Positions 37,055 through 48,191 of a DNA stretch of 64,000 bases are shown here, one piece after another (the stretch's first letter is position 1; each line of letters opens with the position of its first letter). The DNA comes from an uncultured Acidobacteriota bacterium (GTDB taxonomy: Bacteria; Acidobacteriota; UBA6911), in assembly GCA_963843575.1 (NCBI GenBank), contig CAWJKZ010000019.1, forward strand, positions 256,001 to 320,000, read 5' to 3'. The position numbers were made by a program, and so were the translations under genes. Under the pieces are notes generated by a model that worked only from the letters and a program-made list of their open reading frames with translations, made no database searches and had not been told where the DNA came from.

Positions 37055-39349
37055 ATGAGAAGTGTGCCGCATTTTCCCAAAACCCCCGCGCCCCCCGAAG
37101 CGGCTCATGTCAGGGAGATACACTCCGGAACAGGGGCTCGAACGACCTCGCGGCTGCAGCGCACCCGCGCCTTCGTGGCCGGTCGCCTGCGATCCCCTTG
37201 GTTGCGCCGCATCGTGTTCTTTCTGGCCGCCCCACTGGCGCTGCTTGTGCTTCTCCTCTCGGCGGGACTCATCCGTCACGTCTACTTCGATCGCAGCGGG
37301 CTCCCGGACATCGAGCCGTTCATCCGTTTCGAGCCCCCCACGACAGGCAAGGTCTACGACGCCCGGGGCAAAGTGCTGATCGAGCTGGCACGGGAGTACC
37401 GCCGGGTGGTCTCCTACGACGAGGTGCCCGTCATCGTGCGCCAGGCCATCCTGGCGGCTGAGGACAAGAACTTCTTCGCCCACTCCGGCGTGGAATACCG
37501 TGCGCTTCCGCGGGTGGTGCAAAAGACGGCGGTGCGCTCTCTGGCCGAATGGCGGAAGGGAGGCAGGTTCCGGCTGCTGTTCCCCCAGGGCGGCTCAACT
37601 CTTACGCAACAGCTCGTCCGCGGTTACTTCCTCCAGGGCCGGACGAGCGTCGAGGCCGGCGACGTCCTGTTCCGTGATAGTCTGATCCCACGGCTCCTCT
37701 CCGCCGGTTTGGGGGCGCACGCCACGAACAAGCTCCTGCGGAAGCTCGAGGAGGTGCGCCTGGCGCTCTGGCTCGAGGAGGAGATGCGCCGGCGCTGCGG
37801 ATCGCGGGAGCGAGCCAAGCGCGAGATCTTTGCCCGCTCCGCCAGCTTTCTCTACCTGGGCAACGGCCGCTACGGCTTTGCAGCCGCCTCCGAGTTCTAC
37901 TTCGGCAAGCCCCTGTCGAGCTATACGCCGGAGGATGCGGGGGAGGCGGCGCTACTCGCGGGGATCACCAAGTCGCCCGAGGTCTACGCCCCGGTTGCGG
38001 ACGACCCGCGGCCCCGGCGCCGCCGCAACGAGATCCTGGCTCTGATGGCGCGCAACGGCTACATCCCCGAAGGCCTCGCCAAGCGCTGCCAAGCCGAGCC
38101 GGTCCGTGTGGCTCCCCAGAGCCCGGTCAAGACCCATGCCCCTGCCGCCATCGAGAATGTCTTTGACGAGCTGAAGCAGCACGGCGCGGACCGATTCGGG
38201 ATCGAAGACCTCGTCCAGGGTCGGATCTCGGTCCACTCTACCCTCGACGAGCGGATTCAAACCATCGTGAACGAAGCCCTGGAAAACGGCCTCGCTCGCT
38301 ACGAAACGCGGCACCCCGGGGCGAAGGGATCCATCCAGGGTTCCGTGGTGGCTCTGCGCAACGCGAACGCGGCAATCCTGGCCGAGGCAGGCGGGCGGAA
38401 AGTCTTTAGGGACCGCGAGGCGCGCTACTCCGACTTCAACCGCGTCACGGGCTCCCTGCGGCAGCCGGGCTCGGCGTGGAAGCCTCTGGTCTACCTGGCC
38501 GCGTTCCGCCAAGGCATGGACCTCGCTACCACGGTGCCCGACGAGCCCATCGAGGTGTCCATGGGCACCGATCGGGACGCGAAGTGGATCTCCAACTACG
38601 ATAATCAGTTCAAGGGGCCGATCCCGATCCGCCAGGCACTGGCTGAGTCCCGGAATGCGGTAGCCATTTGGATCACCCGCGAGATCGGCATGGACCAGGT
38701 GATCCGGACCGCCAGGGAAATGGGGATCCGCACCCCGCTGCAGCCCCACATCACAACGGCGCTCGGGGCCTCGGAAGTGCGGCTGCTGGAGCTGGCGGGC
38801 GCCTATCGCAGCATGGCCTCCGGAGTCTTGGCGGAGCCACACGTCATCGATCGCGTGACTGACACCTCCGGGGCGGTGCTCTACGAGGCCCCCATGACGG
38901 CGCGACCGATCGGCTCCGCCGAGTTGACCCTGATCCAGGAGGGGCTACGTGGCGTGGTTCGCCTCCCGGATGGCACCGCCCACAGTCTTGACGGCCGCGA
39001 CTTCCCGGTCCCGGTTATGGGCAAGACGGGAACGACGAGCGACTTTCGCGACGCGCTTTTCGTGGGGTCCACTTACGGGACGCAGGGGATCACGGTGGCG
39101 GTCCGGATCGGCTTCGATGACAACCGCACGCTGGGCGAGAAGGAGACTGGAGGGCGCGCGGCGCTGCCGATCTTTCGCGAGATCATGCTCCGTGTCTATC
39201 GGGACAGACTGGTGGGGCCGGCACCGCATTTTCCCCGTGAGATCGAAAAGGGGATCGACGGGTACCTCGCGGAGCAGGCCTTGCTGGAAGCGGGGCGTGA
39301 CACGCCGCCGCCGCCGGCTTCGACAACGGCCTCATCGCTCCGCCAGTGA
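37055..39349 (+). CDS. Class A penicillin-binding protein (transglycosylase-transpeptidase)
   Basis: EDKNF, GGSTLTQQL, RKLEE; SAWK (SxxK), SRN, KTG. Confidence 0.9.
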   Translation: MRSVPHFPKTPAPPEAAHVREIHSGTGARTTSRLQRTRAFVAGRLRSPWLRRIVFFLAAPLALLVLLLSAGLIRHVYFDRSGLPDIEPFIRFEPPTTGKVYDARGKVLIELAREYRRVVSYDEVPVIVRQAILAAEDKNFFAHSGVEYRALPRVVQKTAVRSLAEWRKGGRFRLLFPQGGSTLTQQLVRGYFLQGRTSVEAGDVLFRDSLIPRLLSAGLGAHATNKLLRKLEEVRLALWLEEEMRRRCGSRERAKREIFARSASFLYLGNGRYGFAAASEFYFGKPLSSYTPEDAGEAALLAGITKSPEVYAPVADDPRPRRRRNEILALMARNGYIPEGLAKRCQAEPVRVAPQSPVKTHAPAAIENVFDELKQHGADRFGIEDLVQGRISVHSTLDERIQTIVNEALENGLARYETRHPGAKGSIQGSVVALRNANAAILAEAGGRKVFRDREARYSDFNRVTGSLRQPGSAWKPLVYLAAFRQGMDLATTVPDEPIEVSMGTDRDAKWISNYDNQFKGPIPIRQALAESRNAVAIWITREIGMDQVIRTAREMGIRTPLQPHITTALGASEVRLLELAGAYRSMASGVLAEPHVIDRVTDTSGAVLYEAPMTARPIGSAELTLIQEGLRGVVRLPDGTAHSLDGRDFPVPVMGKTGTTSDFRDALFVGSTYGTQGITVAVRIGFDDNRTLGEKETGGRAALPIFREIMLRVYRDRLVGPAPHFPREIEKGIDGYLAEQALLEAGRDTPPPPASTTASSLRQ

Positions 39350-39373
39350 CGCCCTGCGACGAGAGCAGCTTGC

Positions 39374-41918
39374 ATGGAAAAACGAGAAACTCCTTTAGAG
39401 GGCTTCTGGGATAAGCCGCTGCAGGACCTGCTTCAACTTCTGCAGGCAACCCCGGCCGGGCTGACTACCGACGAGGCGAAACGGCGCGTTGCGTCTTTAT
39501 GGCCCAAACAGCCTCGTGCAGGAGTCGCGCTTCGCAGGCTTGCTCGCCTTCCTCCGCTTCTTTGCCAATCCTCTCGTCGTCATCCTTCTCGTTGCCAGCG
39601 GCATATCCCTGGGACTGGGGGACCCGGTCGGTGGGCTGATCATCATCGCCATGGTCCTGCTCAGCGTTCTGCTGAACTTCTTCATGGAATTCCAGGCTCG
39701 ACACGCGGTGGAAGAGATTCGGAAGCAGGTTGCCACAACCGCTGCCGTTATGCGTGACGGGCAGGAACAGGAACTGCCGATAGCAGAGCTGGTCCCGGGG
39801 GATATCGTCCGGCTCAATGCTGGAGACCTTGTGCCGGCGGACGCGCGTCTGCTGGATGTAAAGGATCTGCACGTGCGCGAGTCGGCGCTCACCGGGGAGT
39901 CGCTGCCCGTCGAGAAGGCAGCGCACGATCTTCCGGAGGGGAAACACGCCATTGCCGACGCAAGCAACAGCGTGTTCCTGGGCACTGCGGTTCAGACAGG
40001 GATGGGCACCGCGGTCATCGTCCGCACAGGCCGAGGTACTGCGCTCGGAGGGATCGCGCAGCGTTTGGCTGCGCGGCCGCCGGAGACCGAGTTCGGCCGT
40101 GGCATACGCCACTTTGGGCTGATGATCACCCGGGTGATCATGCTGCTTGTGCTTTTCGTTCTGCTGGTAAACCTCTACTTCCACCGTCCGCTGCTGGAGT
40201 CCTTCCTCTTCGCAGTCGCCCTGGCGGTAGGGATGACCCCTGAGATGATGCCGATGATCATCACCGTCACCCTGGCCCAGGGTGCGAGGCGGATGACCAA
40301 AAAGAAGGTTCTCGTCAAGCAACTTGCGGCAATCGAGGATTTCGGCAGCGTGACGATCCTCTGCAGCGATAAGACGGGCACACTGACCGAAGGCGAGATC
40401 GTGCTGGACCGGCACGTGGATGTCCTGGGGAAGGAGGATGAGAACGTTCTGCGGCTCATCTACCTGAACAGCTACTTTGAAGCGGGCATCAAGAGCCCCC
40501 TGGACGATGCCGTCCTGAAGCACGAGCACCCTAAGATTGTGGAGTATGTCAAGGTGGACGAGATCCCCTTCGACTTCAACCGCAAGCGCCTTTCGGTGGT
40601 GGTGCGGCATGGCGACGAGCACCTCCTCATTACCAAGGGCGAGGCAGAGGGTATTTTGGGCATCTGCCAAAGCGTGAGCATCGATGGGTCACCCCAGCCG
40701 TTCGATGAAAGCCGGCGCGCTGCGGCGGAGGAGACGTTCAAGAAGTTGAGCGCCGACGGTTACCGGACTCTTGGGGTCGCGGTGCTGAAAGTGGACAAGC
40801 GGGATGCCTACACCCCGGCGGATGAGCGGGATATGACGCTGGCCGGGTTCGCGGCATTCCTGGACCCGCCCAAGGAAGGAGTTCATTCCGTTCTGGAGGC
40901 GCTGAAACAGAATGGCATCTCCGTGGTCATCATGACCGGCGACAACCAGTATGTGACACAGAAGATAGCGCACGACGTCGGGCTGCCGGCAGACCGCATT
41001 CTCACCGGGAACCAGGTCGACACAATGGACGATGCCGCTCTGGCCTACCAGGCGGAGAATGGCGCCATCTTCGCCCGCGTGTCGCCTGAACAGAAGAACC
41101 GGGTCATCCTCGCTCTGAAGGCGCGTGGGCACGTCGTCGGGTACATGGGGGACGGCATCAACGATGCTCCGTCGCTGCACACGGCGGATGTCGGCATTTC
41201 AGTAATGAACGGCGTGGACGTGGCCAAGGATGCTGCGAAGATCATCCTGCTGGAGAAGGACCTGGCGGTCTTGAACGACGGGGTAATCGAGGGGCGGCGC
41301 TGCTTCGCCAACATCATGAAGTACATCATCATGGGCACCAGCTCGAACTTCGGCAATATGTTCAGTATGGCCGCGGCGTCGCTCTTCCTGCCATTCCTGC
41401 CTATGCTGCCGACGCAGATCCTGCTGAACAACTTTCTGTATGACATCTCGCAGATCAGCATCCCCAGCGACAATGTCGATCCCGCCCTGCTGCACCGGCC
41501 CAAGCGATGGCAGATCGCGTTCATTCGCCAGTTCATGATGATCATCGGTCCCATAAGCTCGATCTACGATTTCCTCACTTTCGGGGTATTGCTCTGGGTG
41601 TTCCACGCTTCCACGAACGCGCCGCTATTCCACACCGGATGGTTCGTGGAATCCCTGGCGACACAGACGCTGGTTGTGTTTGTGATCCGGACGGCAGGCA
41701 ACCCGCTCAAGAGCCGTCCCAGCCGGCCGCTGCTCATAGGCGTGTTCGTCGTCGTTGCTATCGCCGTTGTGTTGCCGTACACGCCGCTCGGGAGCCTGCT
41801 GGGGTTTATCCCGCTGCCGGTGCCGCTGTTGGGTGCGATCGCGTTTCTTGCCGTGACCTACCTCCTGCTGGTGCAGGCCGTTAAGTCCTGGTTCTATCGC
41901 CGGCACGCGCTGCTTTGA
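39374..41918 (+). CDS. mgtA: Magnesium-translocating P-type ATPase; frameshift near 39488
   Basis: TGES, TPEMMP, DKTGTLT, GDGINDAP, SSNFGN, GWFVES; N-terminus GLTTDEA in the upstream frame. Confidence 0.88.
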
Positions 41919-41943
41919 CAGGCCCGGGTACCCATCTACTGGG

Positions 41944-42009
41944 ATGAGCAATTTTGACCGGATTTGTGAGCAGTACTGAACTGACATGCGAATTACTCGG
42001 GGGTATAAG
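41944..42009 (+). promoter_or_regulatory. Tandem-box promoter P8 (closest to consensus)
   Basis: ATGAGCAATTTTGACC + GTGAGCAGTACTGAAC; CTGACA-N17-TATAAG. Confidence 0.9.
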
Positions 42010-42181
42010 AAGTGTGTCTCGAGTGGACCGCGGGGGTCGGGTGTGTTCGAATGAGCGGCCTACCGGTACGGGAGTCCCTTACAGCGACTCAACCTACTGA
42101 GGCACCGAGGGTGGCGGAAGTTGTCGAGAAAAAACAGATCGACGCGTGGTTTTGCATAGTTCGTTAGGTTTGGGAAATGAT

Positions 42182-42787
42182 ATGAAGAAACTATTGGGAC
42201 TCTTCGCCTTGACAACGCTGGCTTTTGCCCAGGGGGGAACGATCGGCAGCGGCACCAGCATATCGGTTCGGACCAGTGAAAGAATCGATGTAAAGAAGAG
42301 CGACGGCCGGGTATTCACCGGCGTTGTAGATCAGGATGTGAGGGATGCGAACAGCCGCGTTGCTATTCCAAGGGGTTCGCAGGTGGAGCTGGCCGTGAAG
42401 AGACTGGCACAGAGTGATCTGGTGCTCGATTTGGAATCGGTCACCGTAGGCGGGCATCGGTATGCGGTAACAGCGGCCGATGCTGTGATGGATAAAGAAC
42501 GGCGGGATGGTATCGGTAAGAACCAGCGGACCGCCGAGTATATCGGCGGCGGGGCGTTGCTGGGCACGATCATTGGCGCGATTGCCGGCGGAGGAAAAGG
42601 CGCCGCAATCGGCGCAGCGGCGGGAGCGGGGGCGGGAGCGGGCACGCAGGTCCTGACCCGAGGCAAGAAGGTGAACGTTCCCGCCGAGTCCTTGTTGACG
42701 TTCCGTTTGGAGAAGTCGCTCCAGATGGGAGTGGCGGACAGTGGGATCACTCGCAACGGCCGCCATTATCACAAGACGATTCGGTAG
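42182..42787 (+). CDS. Secreted protein with glycine-zipper hairpin
   Basis: MKKLLG signal; IGGGALLGTIIGAIAGGGKGAAIG; PAESLLTFRL. Confidence 0.85.
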   Translation: MKKLLGLFALTTLAFAQGGTIGSGTSISVRTSERIDVKKSDGRVFTGVVDQDVRDANSRVAIPRGSQVELAVKRLAQSDLVLDLESVTVGGHRYAVTAADAVMDKERRDGIGKNQRTAEYIGGGALLGTIIGAIAGGGKGAAIGAAAGAGAGAGTQVLTRGKKVNVPAESLLTFRLEKSLQMGVADSGITRNGRHYHKTIR

Positions 42788-43319
42788 AACTCGATCCGTT
42801 TTCTGCGGCTTGTAACCGCGCACAAAGAGACCCGCCGGGGGAGGGTCCGGGCTGAAACGATGAGGCGATCCGGGCGAGGAAGTCTGAGAGCATGCCTTTT
42901 GCGGAACGCCAGCAGGCGAAATGCCGGCCCTTGGGGAATTCCCATTCCTGCCATGACTCTCGAGGCCCCAAACCTCACGAGCAACGCAGAGAGCGCCCGT
43001 AATCCGCATGCGCGCGGCCCCTGCAATCCCCGGATAGGCTCCTGGGCTCTTTCCAGGTCAAACCCCGGCACTTGCCTAGTTCTCTTTCAAGTTGCTCCCT
43101 GTTAATTTAGAACCCGTGGATGTTGGAAGATTCGGGCGACTTGCGACAATGAGCCGTTTGTGTCTCCAGTGGTTCCAACGGCGGTATGTTGGATCGCAGT
43201 TTCCCGCTGTCCAAGTCCCGAAACTGGAATGACTCCGGTTTGGACAAAAGTGTGCGGATGAAGAGGGACGGAACATCGTCTCGTCACTGGGGGCGCTCCG
43301 CCATCAGAGGGAGGCTGTT

Positions 43320-43976
43320 ATGGAGAACAAAAAGACCCAGCCTGTCGATTGGGAAGCTCTGCTCAACGGCATCACACGGGGGAAGACCGTTCTGGAATGT
43401 GGGGCGGACCGCAAGATCTTCCGACAAGGACAACCTGCGGATTCCCTATTCTACCTGCGGCGAGGCAAGGTGAAGCTCTCAGTAATATCCCAACAGGGCA
43501 AAGAAGCGATTGTCGCTATTCTGAGCGCCGGTGAGTTTTTCGGCGAGGGGGGCCTTGCCGGTCAACCACTGCGTATGGCATCGGCTGTTGCGATGACAGA
43601 TTGCACCATTGACAAGATTGAGAAGTCGGTGATGACGCGAATGCTTCACGAACAGCACGACGTCTCGGAATTGTTTGTCAAGCATCTGCTTTCACGCAAC
43701 GTCCGATACGAAGCTGATCTCGTGGACCAGCTTTTCAACTCGAGCGAAAAGCGGCTGGCTCGGATTCTCTTGCTGCTTTCCCATTTCGGCAAGGAAAGCA
43801 GGGCTGAACCTGTAATTCCCAGAGTGAATCAGGATACCTTGGCACAAATGGTCGGCACGACCCGGTCGCGCATCAGTCATTTCATGAACAGGTTCAGGGA
43901 GCATGGCTTTATCGAGTACGACGACGTCGGATTGACCGTCCACAGCAGCCTACTAAGCGTGGTACTCCACGATTAA
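43320..43976 (+). CDS. Crp/Fnr family transcriptional regulator (paralog 2)
   Basis: Colinear with 15243..15902; shares HLLSRNVRYEADLVDQLFNSSEKRLARILLLL; helix TTRSRISHF. Confidence 0.92.
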   Translation: MENKKTQPVDWEALLNGITRGKTVLECGADRKIFRQGQPADSLFYLRRGKVKLSVISQQGKEAIVAILSAGEFFGEGGLAGQPLRMASAVAMTDCTIDKIEKSVMTRMLHEQHDVSELFVKHLLSRNVRYEADLVDQLFNSSEKRLARILLLLSHFGKESRAEPVIPRVNQDTLAQMVGTTRSRISHFMNRFREHGFIEYDDVGLTVHSSLLSVVLHD

Positions 43977-44175
43977 GGGTCCCGGGCCGTGCGTGACATC
44001 CTGTAACCACGCAATATCTTCCGATCAAAGCCGTCAGCAACAGCAAAGCACTCATGCCAGAGACTGGAAACCAAGTGACTTTGCACGCCTGAGACTGCAT
44101 GTCGACTGTGCTGCCAAAGCGGAACGCGGGAATTGAAGGGGCTCCATACTAAACGGAACAGGAGCGCGTCGACCT

Positions 44176-45916
44176 ATGGCTAAGAAGTCTAGACTCCCGA
44201 TGGACGGCATTTCGAAATGCCCAACTGGAATCCAGGGTCTCGACGAGGTTATGTTCGGCGGTCTGCCGAGAGGGCGGCCCACTCTTGTGTGTGGCGGCGC
44301 AGGCTGCGGAAAGACACTGCTAGGCATGGAATTTCTGGTGCGCGGAGCAACACAGTACAACGAGCCCGGGGTGTGCGTCTCATTTGAAGAAACCGCCGAG
44401 GAACTCGCGCACAACGTGGGATCGCTCGGCTTCGACGTCAATGCACTCATTTCGCAAAAGAAGCTGGCCATCGACTACGTTCACATGGAACGCAGCCTCA
44501 TTGAGGAAACGGGTGAGTACGACCTGGAGGCGCTATTCGTTCGGCTCGGTCAAGCCGTGGACTCCATTGGAGCGAAGCGGGTAGTGCTCGACAGCATCGA
44601 GTCGCTGTTCGCCAGCCTCGCAAACGAAGCAATTCTGCGTTCGGAACTTAGGCGTCTGTTTCGTTGGCTCAAGGACAAAAAACTCACGTCGGTAGTCACT
44701 GGCGAGCGCAGCGAGGGCGGGCTCACGCGCCATGGCCTGGAAGAGTACATTTCAGATTGCGTCATCCTACTCGATCACCGGGTGACGGAAACCGTTTTCA
44801 CGCGGCGTCTGCGCGTTGTCAAATACCGAGGCTCGACGCACGGGACGAACGAGTACCCATTCCTCATCGACCACGACGGTATCTCGGTTCTGCCCGTAAC
44901 CTCCATTGACCTGAAGCATGCCGTCTCCAACGAGCGGATTTCGACCGGCATTCCCGCGCTGGACAGCATGCTCGGCGGCAAAGGCTACTTCCGGGGAAGC
45001 AGCATCCTCATCTCCGGCACGGCTGGCACAGGGAAAACCAGTGTGGCCGCTCATTTTGCTGACGCCGCATGCGCCCGCGGAGAGCGATGTATCATTTTTT
45101 CTTTCGAAGAATCCGCCGACCAGGTGATACGCAACATGCGGTCGATCGGCATCAACCTGGGCCGTTGGATCAATAAAGGCCTGCTGCAGTTTCACGCCGC
45201 ACGACCGACCACGTCCGGTCTCGAAATGCATCTTGTCAAAATGCACAAGATCATCGGGAGCTTCGATCCGCGCATCGTGGTGGTGGACCCGGTGACCGGA
45301 TTGACAGACTCCGGCACCCAGGCCGAGACCCGAAGCATGCTGCTGCGTCTGGTAGATTTCTTGAAGGAAAAGCAGATCACGGCTTTGATGACGACACTGA
45401 CCGACGGAGAGGCTGCGCAGGAGCAGACTGAGGTTAACATCTCCTCACTGGTGGACACGTGGCTGCTGCTGCGTGACATCGAGAGCGGCGGTGAGCGTAA
45501 CCGGGGCCTCTACATCCTCAAGTCCAGGGGCGCGGCTCACTCGAACCAAATTCGCGAATTCCTCTTGACCGATCGTGGCGTGGAGCTTCGAAATGTCTAC
45601 CTCGGTGAGACCGGTCTGCTCACCGGCTCGGCTCGAGTTGCCCAGGAGGCCAAGGACGCTGCGCAGGCGCTGCTCGCTGAGCAGGAGATCGAAACCAAGC
45701 AGTGCGCACTCGATCGCAGGCGGAAGGCGATCGAGGCCCAAATGGACCTCCTCCGGACTGGAACTGCAGACCGAAGCGGAAGAATCGAGGCGGCTCATCG
45801 CACAGGAGCAGGTGAAGCTGAAGAAGTGGGAGCAGGCCCAAGGTAAAATGGCGCAGAGCCGGGCATTGAACGAGGGTACTCGGGGCAGGGAACGTAAAAA
45901 GCGCAAGAGCGAGTGA
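44176..45916 (+). CDS. kaiC: KaiC double-domain ATPase; frameshift near 45757 in the coiled-coil tail
   Basis: Walker A GGAGCGKT and GTAGTGKT, SFEE twice, VKYRG, LKSRG; phosphosite region NISSLVDT. Confidence 0.92.
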
Positions 45917-45925
45917 GGACCGGAG

Positions 45926-46253
45926 ATGAAAAGAGTCAGCGACACGTACAGTTCGAGAAAGGAAAAACTCCAAGAAACCAACATGGGAGTTGAGGCTTTA
46001 TGTCGCGGGACAGACTGCAAGATCGTTGCAGGCATTCGCCAATCTGAAGCGGATCTGCGAGGAATACCTTGATGGCAGATATCAGATTGAGGTCGTTGAT
46101 CTAATGAAAAACCCGGAACTCGCCAAGGGCGACCAGATTTTCGCGCTTCCGACTCTCGTGCGGAAGCTTCCGGAGCCGGTCCGGAAGATCATTGGGGATC
46201 TGTCGAATACCGAACGTGTACTGGTTGGCCTCGATCTGCGCCCACGCGCCTGA
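45926..46253 (+). CDS. kaiB: KaiB (probable frameshift in the N-terminal extension)
   Basis: [33 protein letters not shown]. Confidence 0.9.
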
Positions 46254-46261
46254 GGAATGTC

Positions 46262-46621
46262 GTGAAACGAAAAAGCCGGAAAATTCATGACGCAGCGAAA
46301 GAATTTGAGGAAGCTCTTTCCCGGCAGCCTGTTGCGGGGCGCTACGTTTTGTCGCTGTTCGTAACCGGCAGCACTCCGAAATCGCTTCGTGCGATTAGGA
46401 ATATCCGAGCCCTGTGTGAAGAGAAGCTGTCGGGCTGTTACGAACTCAAGGTAATCGATATCTACCAACATCCTGAAAAAATCAAGTCGGAGCAGATTGT
46501 CGTCACGCCGACGCTGGTAAGAAAGCTGCCGGTCCCGTTGCGCAAACTGATCGGGGATCTGTCGAATAAGGATCGATTACTTCTGGGGCTGGATATTGTT
46601 CTCGGGCAGGCTGCGCTATAG
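46262..46621 (+). CDS. kaiB: Second KaiB
   Basis: [33 protein letters not shown]. Confidence 0.9.
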   Translation: MKRKSRKIHDAAKEFEEALSRQPVAGRYVLSLFVTGSTPKSLRAIRNIRALCEEKLSGCYELKVIDIYQHPEKIKSEQIVVTPTLVRKLPVPLRKLIGDLSNKDRLLLGLDIVLGQAAL

Positions 46622-46646
46622 GCGCAAAATGGCTGGATAAGAGAGT

Positions 46647-47825
46647 ATGGCACGAAAGCGTCGGGACCGACTCGACGACGCCGAAGAAATCCTGGGCGCG
46701 CTGCGAAGCGGAGAAGTAGACGCGATTGTGGCCTCAGGTTCCGACGGCGATCGCGTCTATACGCTGAAAGGAGCCGATGAAGCATACCGGCTCATGGTTC
46801 AGAACATGGCGGGAGGCGCTCTCACCGTCGCGTCGGACGGCCTTATCCTTTTCGCAAACGAGAAAGTAGCCTCCATTCTCGCGATCCCGCACGAGCGCGT
46901 GGTCGGTTCCAGTTTCGGGGATTTCATTTTTCCGGAGGATGCCGACATATTTTCGGCACTCCTCACCCGCGAACTTGGGGTCGCTGCAAAAGGCGAAGTG
47001 CGGTTGAAAACGCCCGGCGGTGTGCTGGTGCCGGTGTCTCTGTCTGTCAATTTCCTAGCGCTTGACGGAGTCGATTGTTTTTGCGTCATTGTTGCGGATC
47101 TTACCGACCAGAAAAAGAACGAAGAGGTCCTGCGCGCGCTCTCGGCTCGCCTGCTTCACGTCCAGGATGAAGATCGACGCCTCATCGCGCGTGGGCTGCA
47201 TGATGGCGCCTTCCAACGCCTCGCCGCCCTGGAATTCAAGCTGAACCTCGTCGGCCAGGCATCCCGCGAACTGGCACCGGCCGCCCAAAGGCACCTCACT
47301 GAGTGTCTGGATCTGGTAGGCCAATGCTGCAGGGATCTCTGCAATCTTGCCTACCTGATCCAACCACCGTTGCTGGAGGAACAAGGATTGGGCCCCGCGC
47401 TCCGGGCCTATGTCAACGGCTTCAACCGGAGGCTCGGTCCGCAGGTCAGCCTCAATTTCCCCAGCCGGCGGCGCAGGCTCCCCGTCGATGCGGAAACAAC
47501 CTTGTTTCGCATTGCACAGGAAGCGCTGACCAATATTGAACGCCATTCGGGCAGTGCGACTGCCGAAATAGTTTTCCGCAGGAAGCGCGGTGAAGTCCTC
47601 CTCGAGGTCGTTGACCACGGCTGCGGCATCTCCGAGGAAAGTCTGAGGAACTTGAACGGAGGTACGGCCTTGCCTGGTATCGGGATCGCCGGGATGCGGG
47701 AGCGTGTTCGGCTACTCGGCGGCCTCATGGAAATGTCCTCCGGCTCCGGCCGCACCACGGTGAGGGTAAGACTTCCGATAAAACGCCGCGGCTCAACAGT
47801 CAGTCTGCGTGACCGCCTCGCATAG
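46647..47825 (+). CDS. PAS-domain HisKA_3 sensor kinase, kai-associated
   Basis: ALRSGEVDAIV N-terminal domain, PAS, ARGLHD, QEALTN, DHGCG. Confidence 0.88.
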   Translation: MARKRRDRLDDAEEILGALRSGEVDAIVASGSDGDRVYTLKGADEAYRLMVQNMAGGALTVASDGLILFANEKVASILAIPHERVVGSSFGDFIFPEDADIFSALLTRELGVAAKGEVRLKTPGGVLVPVSLSVNFLALDGVDCFCVIVADLTDQKKNEEVLRALSARLLHVQDEDRRLIARGLHDGAFQRLAALEFKLNLVGQASRELAPAAQRHLTECLDLVGQCCRDLCNLAYLIQPPLLEEQGLGPALRAYVNGFNRRLGPQVSLNFPSRRRRLPVDAETTLFRIAQEALTNIERHSGSATAEIVFRRKRGEVLLEVVDHGCGISEESLRNLNGGTALPGIGIAGMRERVRLLGGLMEMSSGSGRTTVRVRLPIKRRGSTVSLRDRLA

Positions 47826-47834
47826 GGAAGCGTG

Positions 47835-47894
47835 ATATCCCGCCCAAAAAGCGGCGGGATATGAGAAGCCAGAAGTCAGGAGCCAGAAGCCAGA
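47835..47894 (+). terminator. Hairpin followed by a heptamer repeat tract after the kai operon
   Basis: atatcccgcc-N8-ggcgggatat, then gagaagccagaagtcaggagccagaagccagag. Confidence 0.5.
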
Positions 47895-47969
47895 GTAATC
47901 GTGGCAGCACTGGAACATCGGCTGTTCGATCCTGCGACAGCCCGAACCGAGTCCCCCTCTAAGACCGGG

Positions 47970-48036
47970 CTGAGCACTATTGACCAGATCTGTGAGCAGT
48001 ACCGGACAGACGCGCCACTTACCCCCAGAGTATAAA
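47970..48036 (+). promoter_or_regulatory. Tandem-box promoter P9 (general stress protein operon)
   Basis: CTGAGCACTATTGACC + GTGAGCAGTACCGGAC; CAGACG-N18-TATAAA. Confidence 0.85.
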
Positions 48037-48191
48037 TAAGGTTGAGGAAAGATGTGACGGGTGACCCAACTGAAGCGAATCTTGCTGAATGCAACCGCGC
48101 AGGTGGAACAGAGCTGGGACGACACGGCTTACTCGATCGGGTACAGGTTAGAGTCAAGAGGGGAAAGAGGTTAGGACAAGGAGAGCGCAAC

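Noticed and set aside
43130-43190. Possible box promoter before Crp paralog 2 (ATGAGCCGTTTG...TATGTT)
   Set aside because: No partner box at 22 bp and the -35/-10 spacing does not fit
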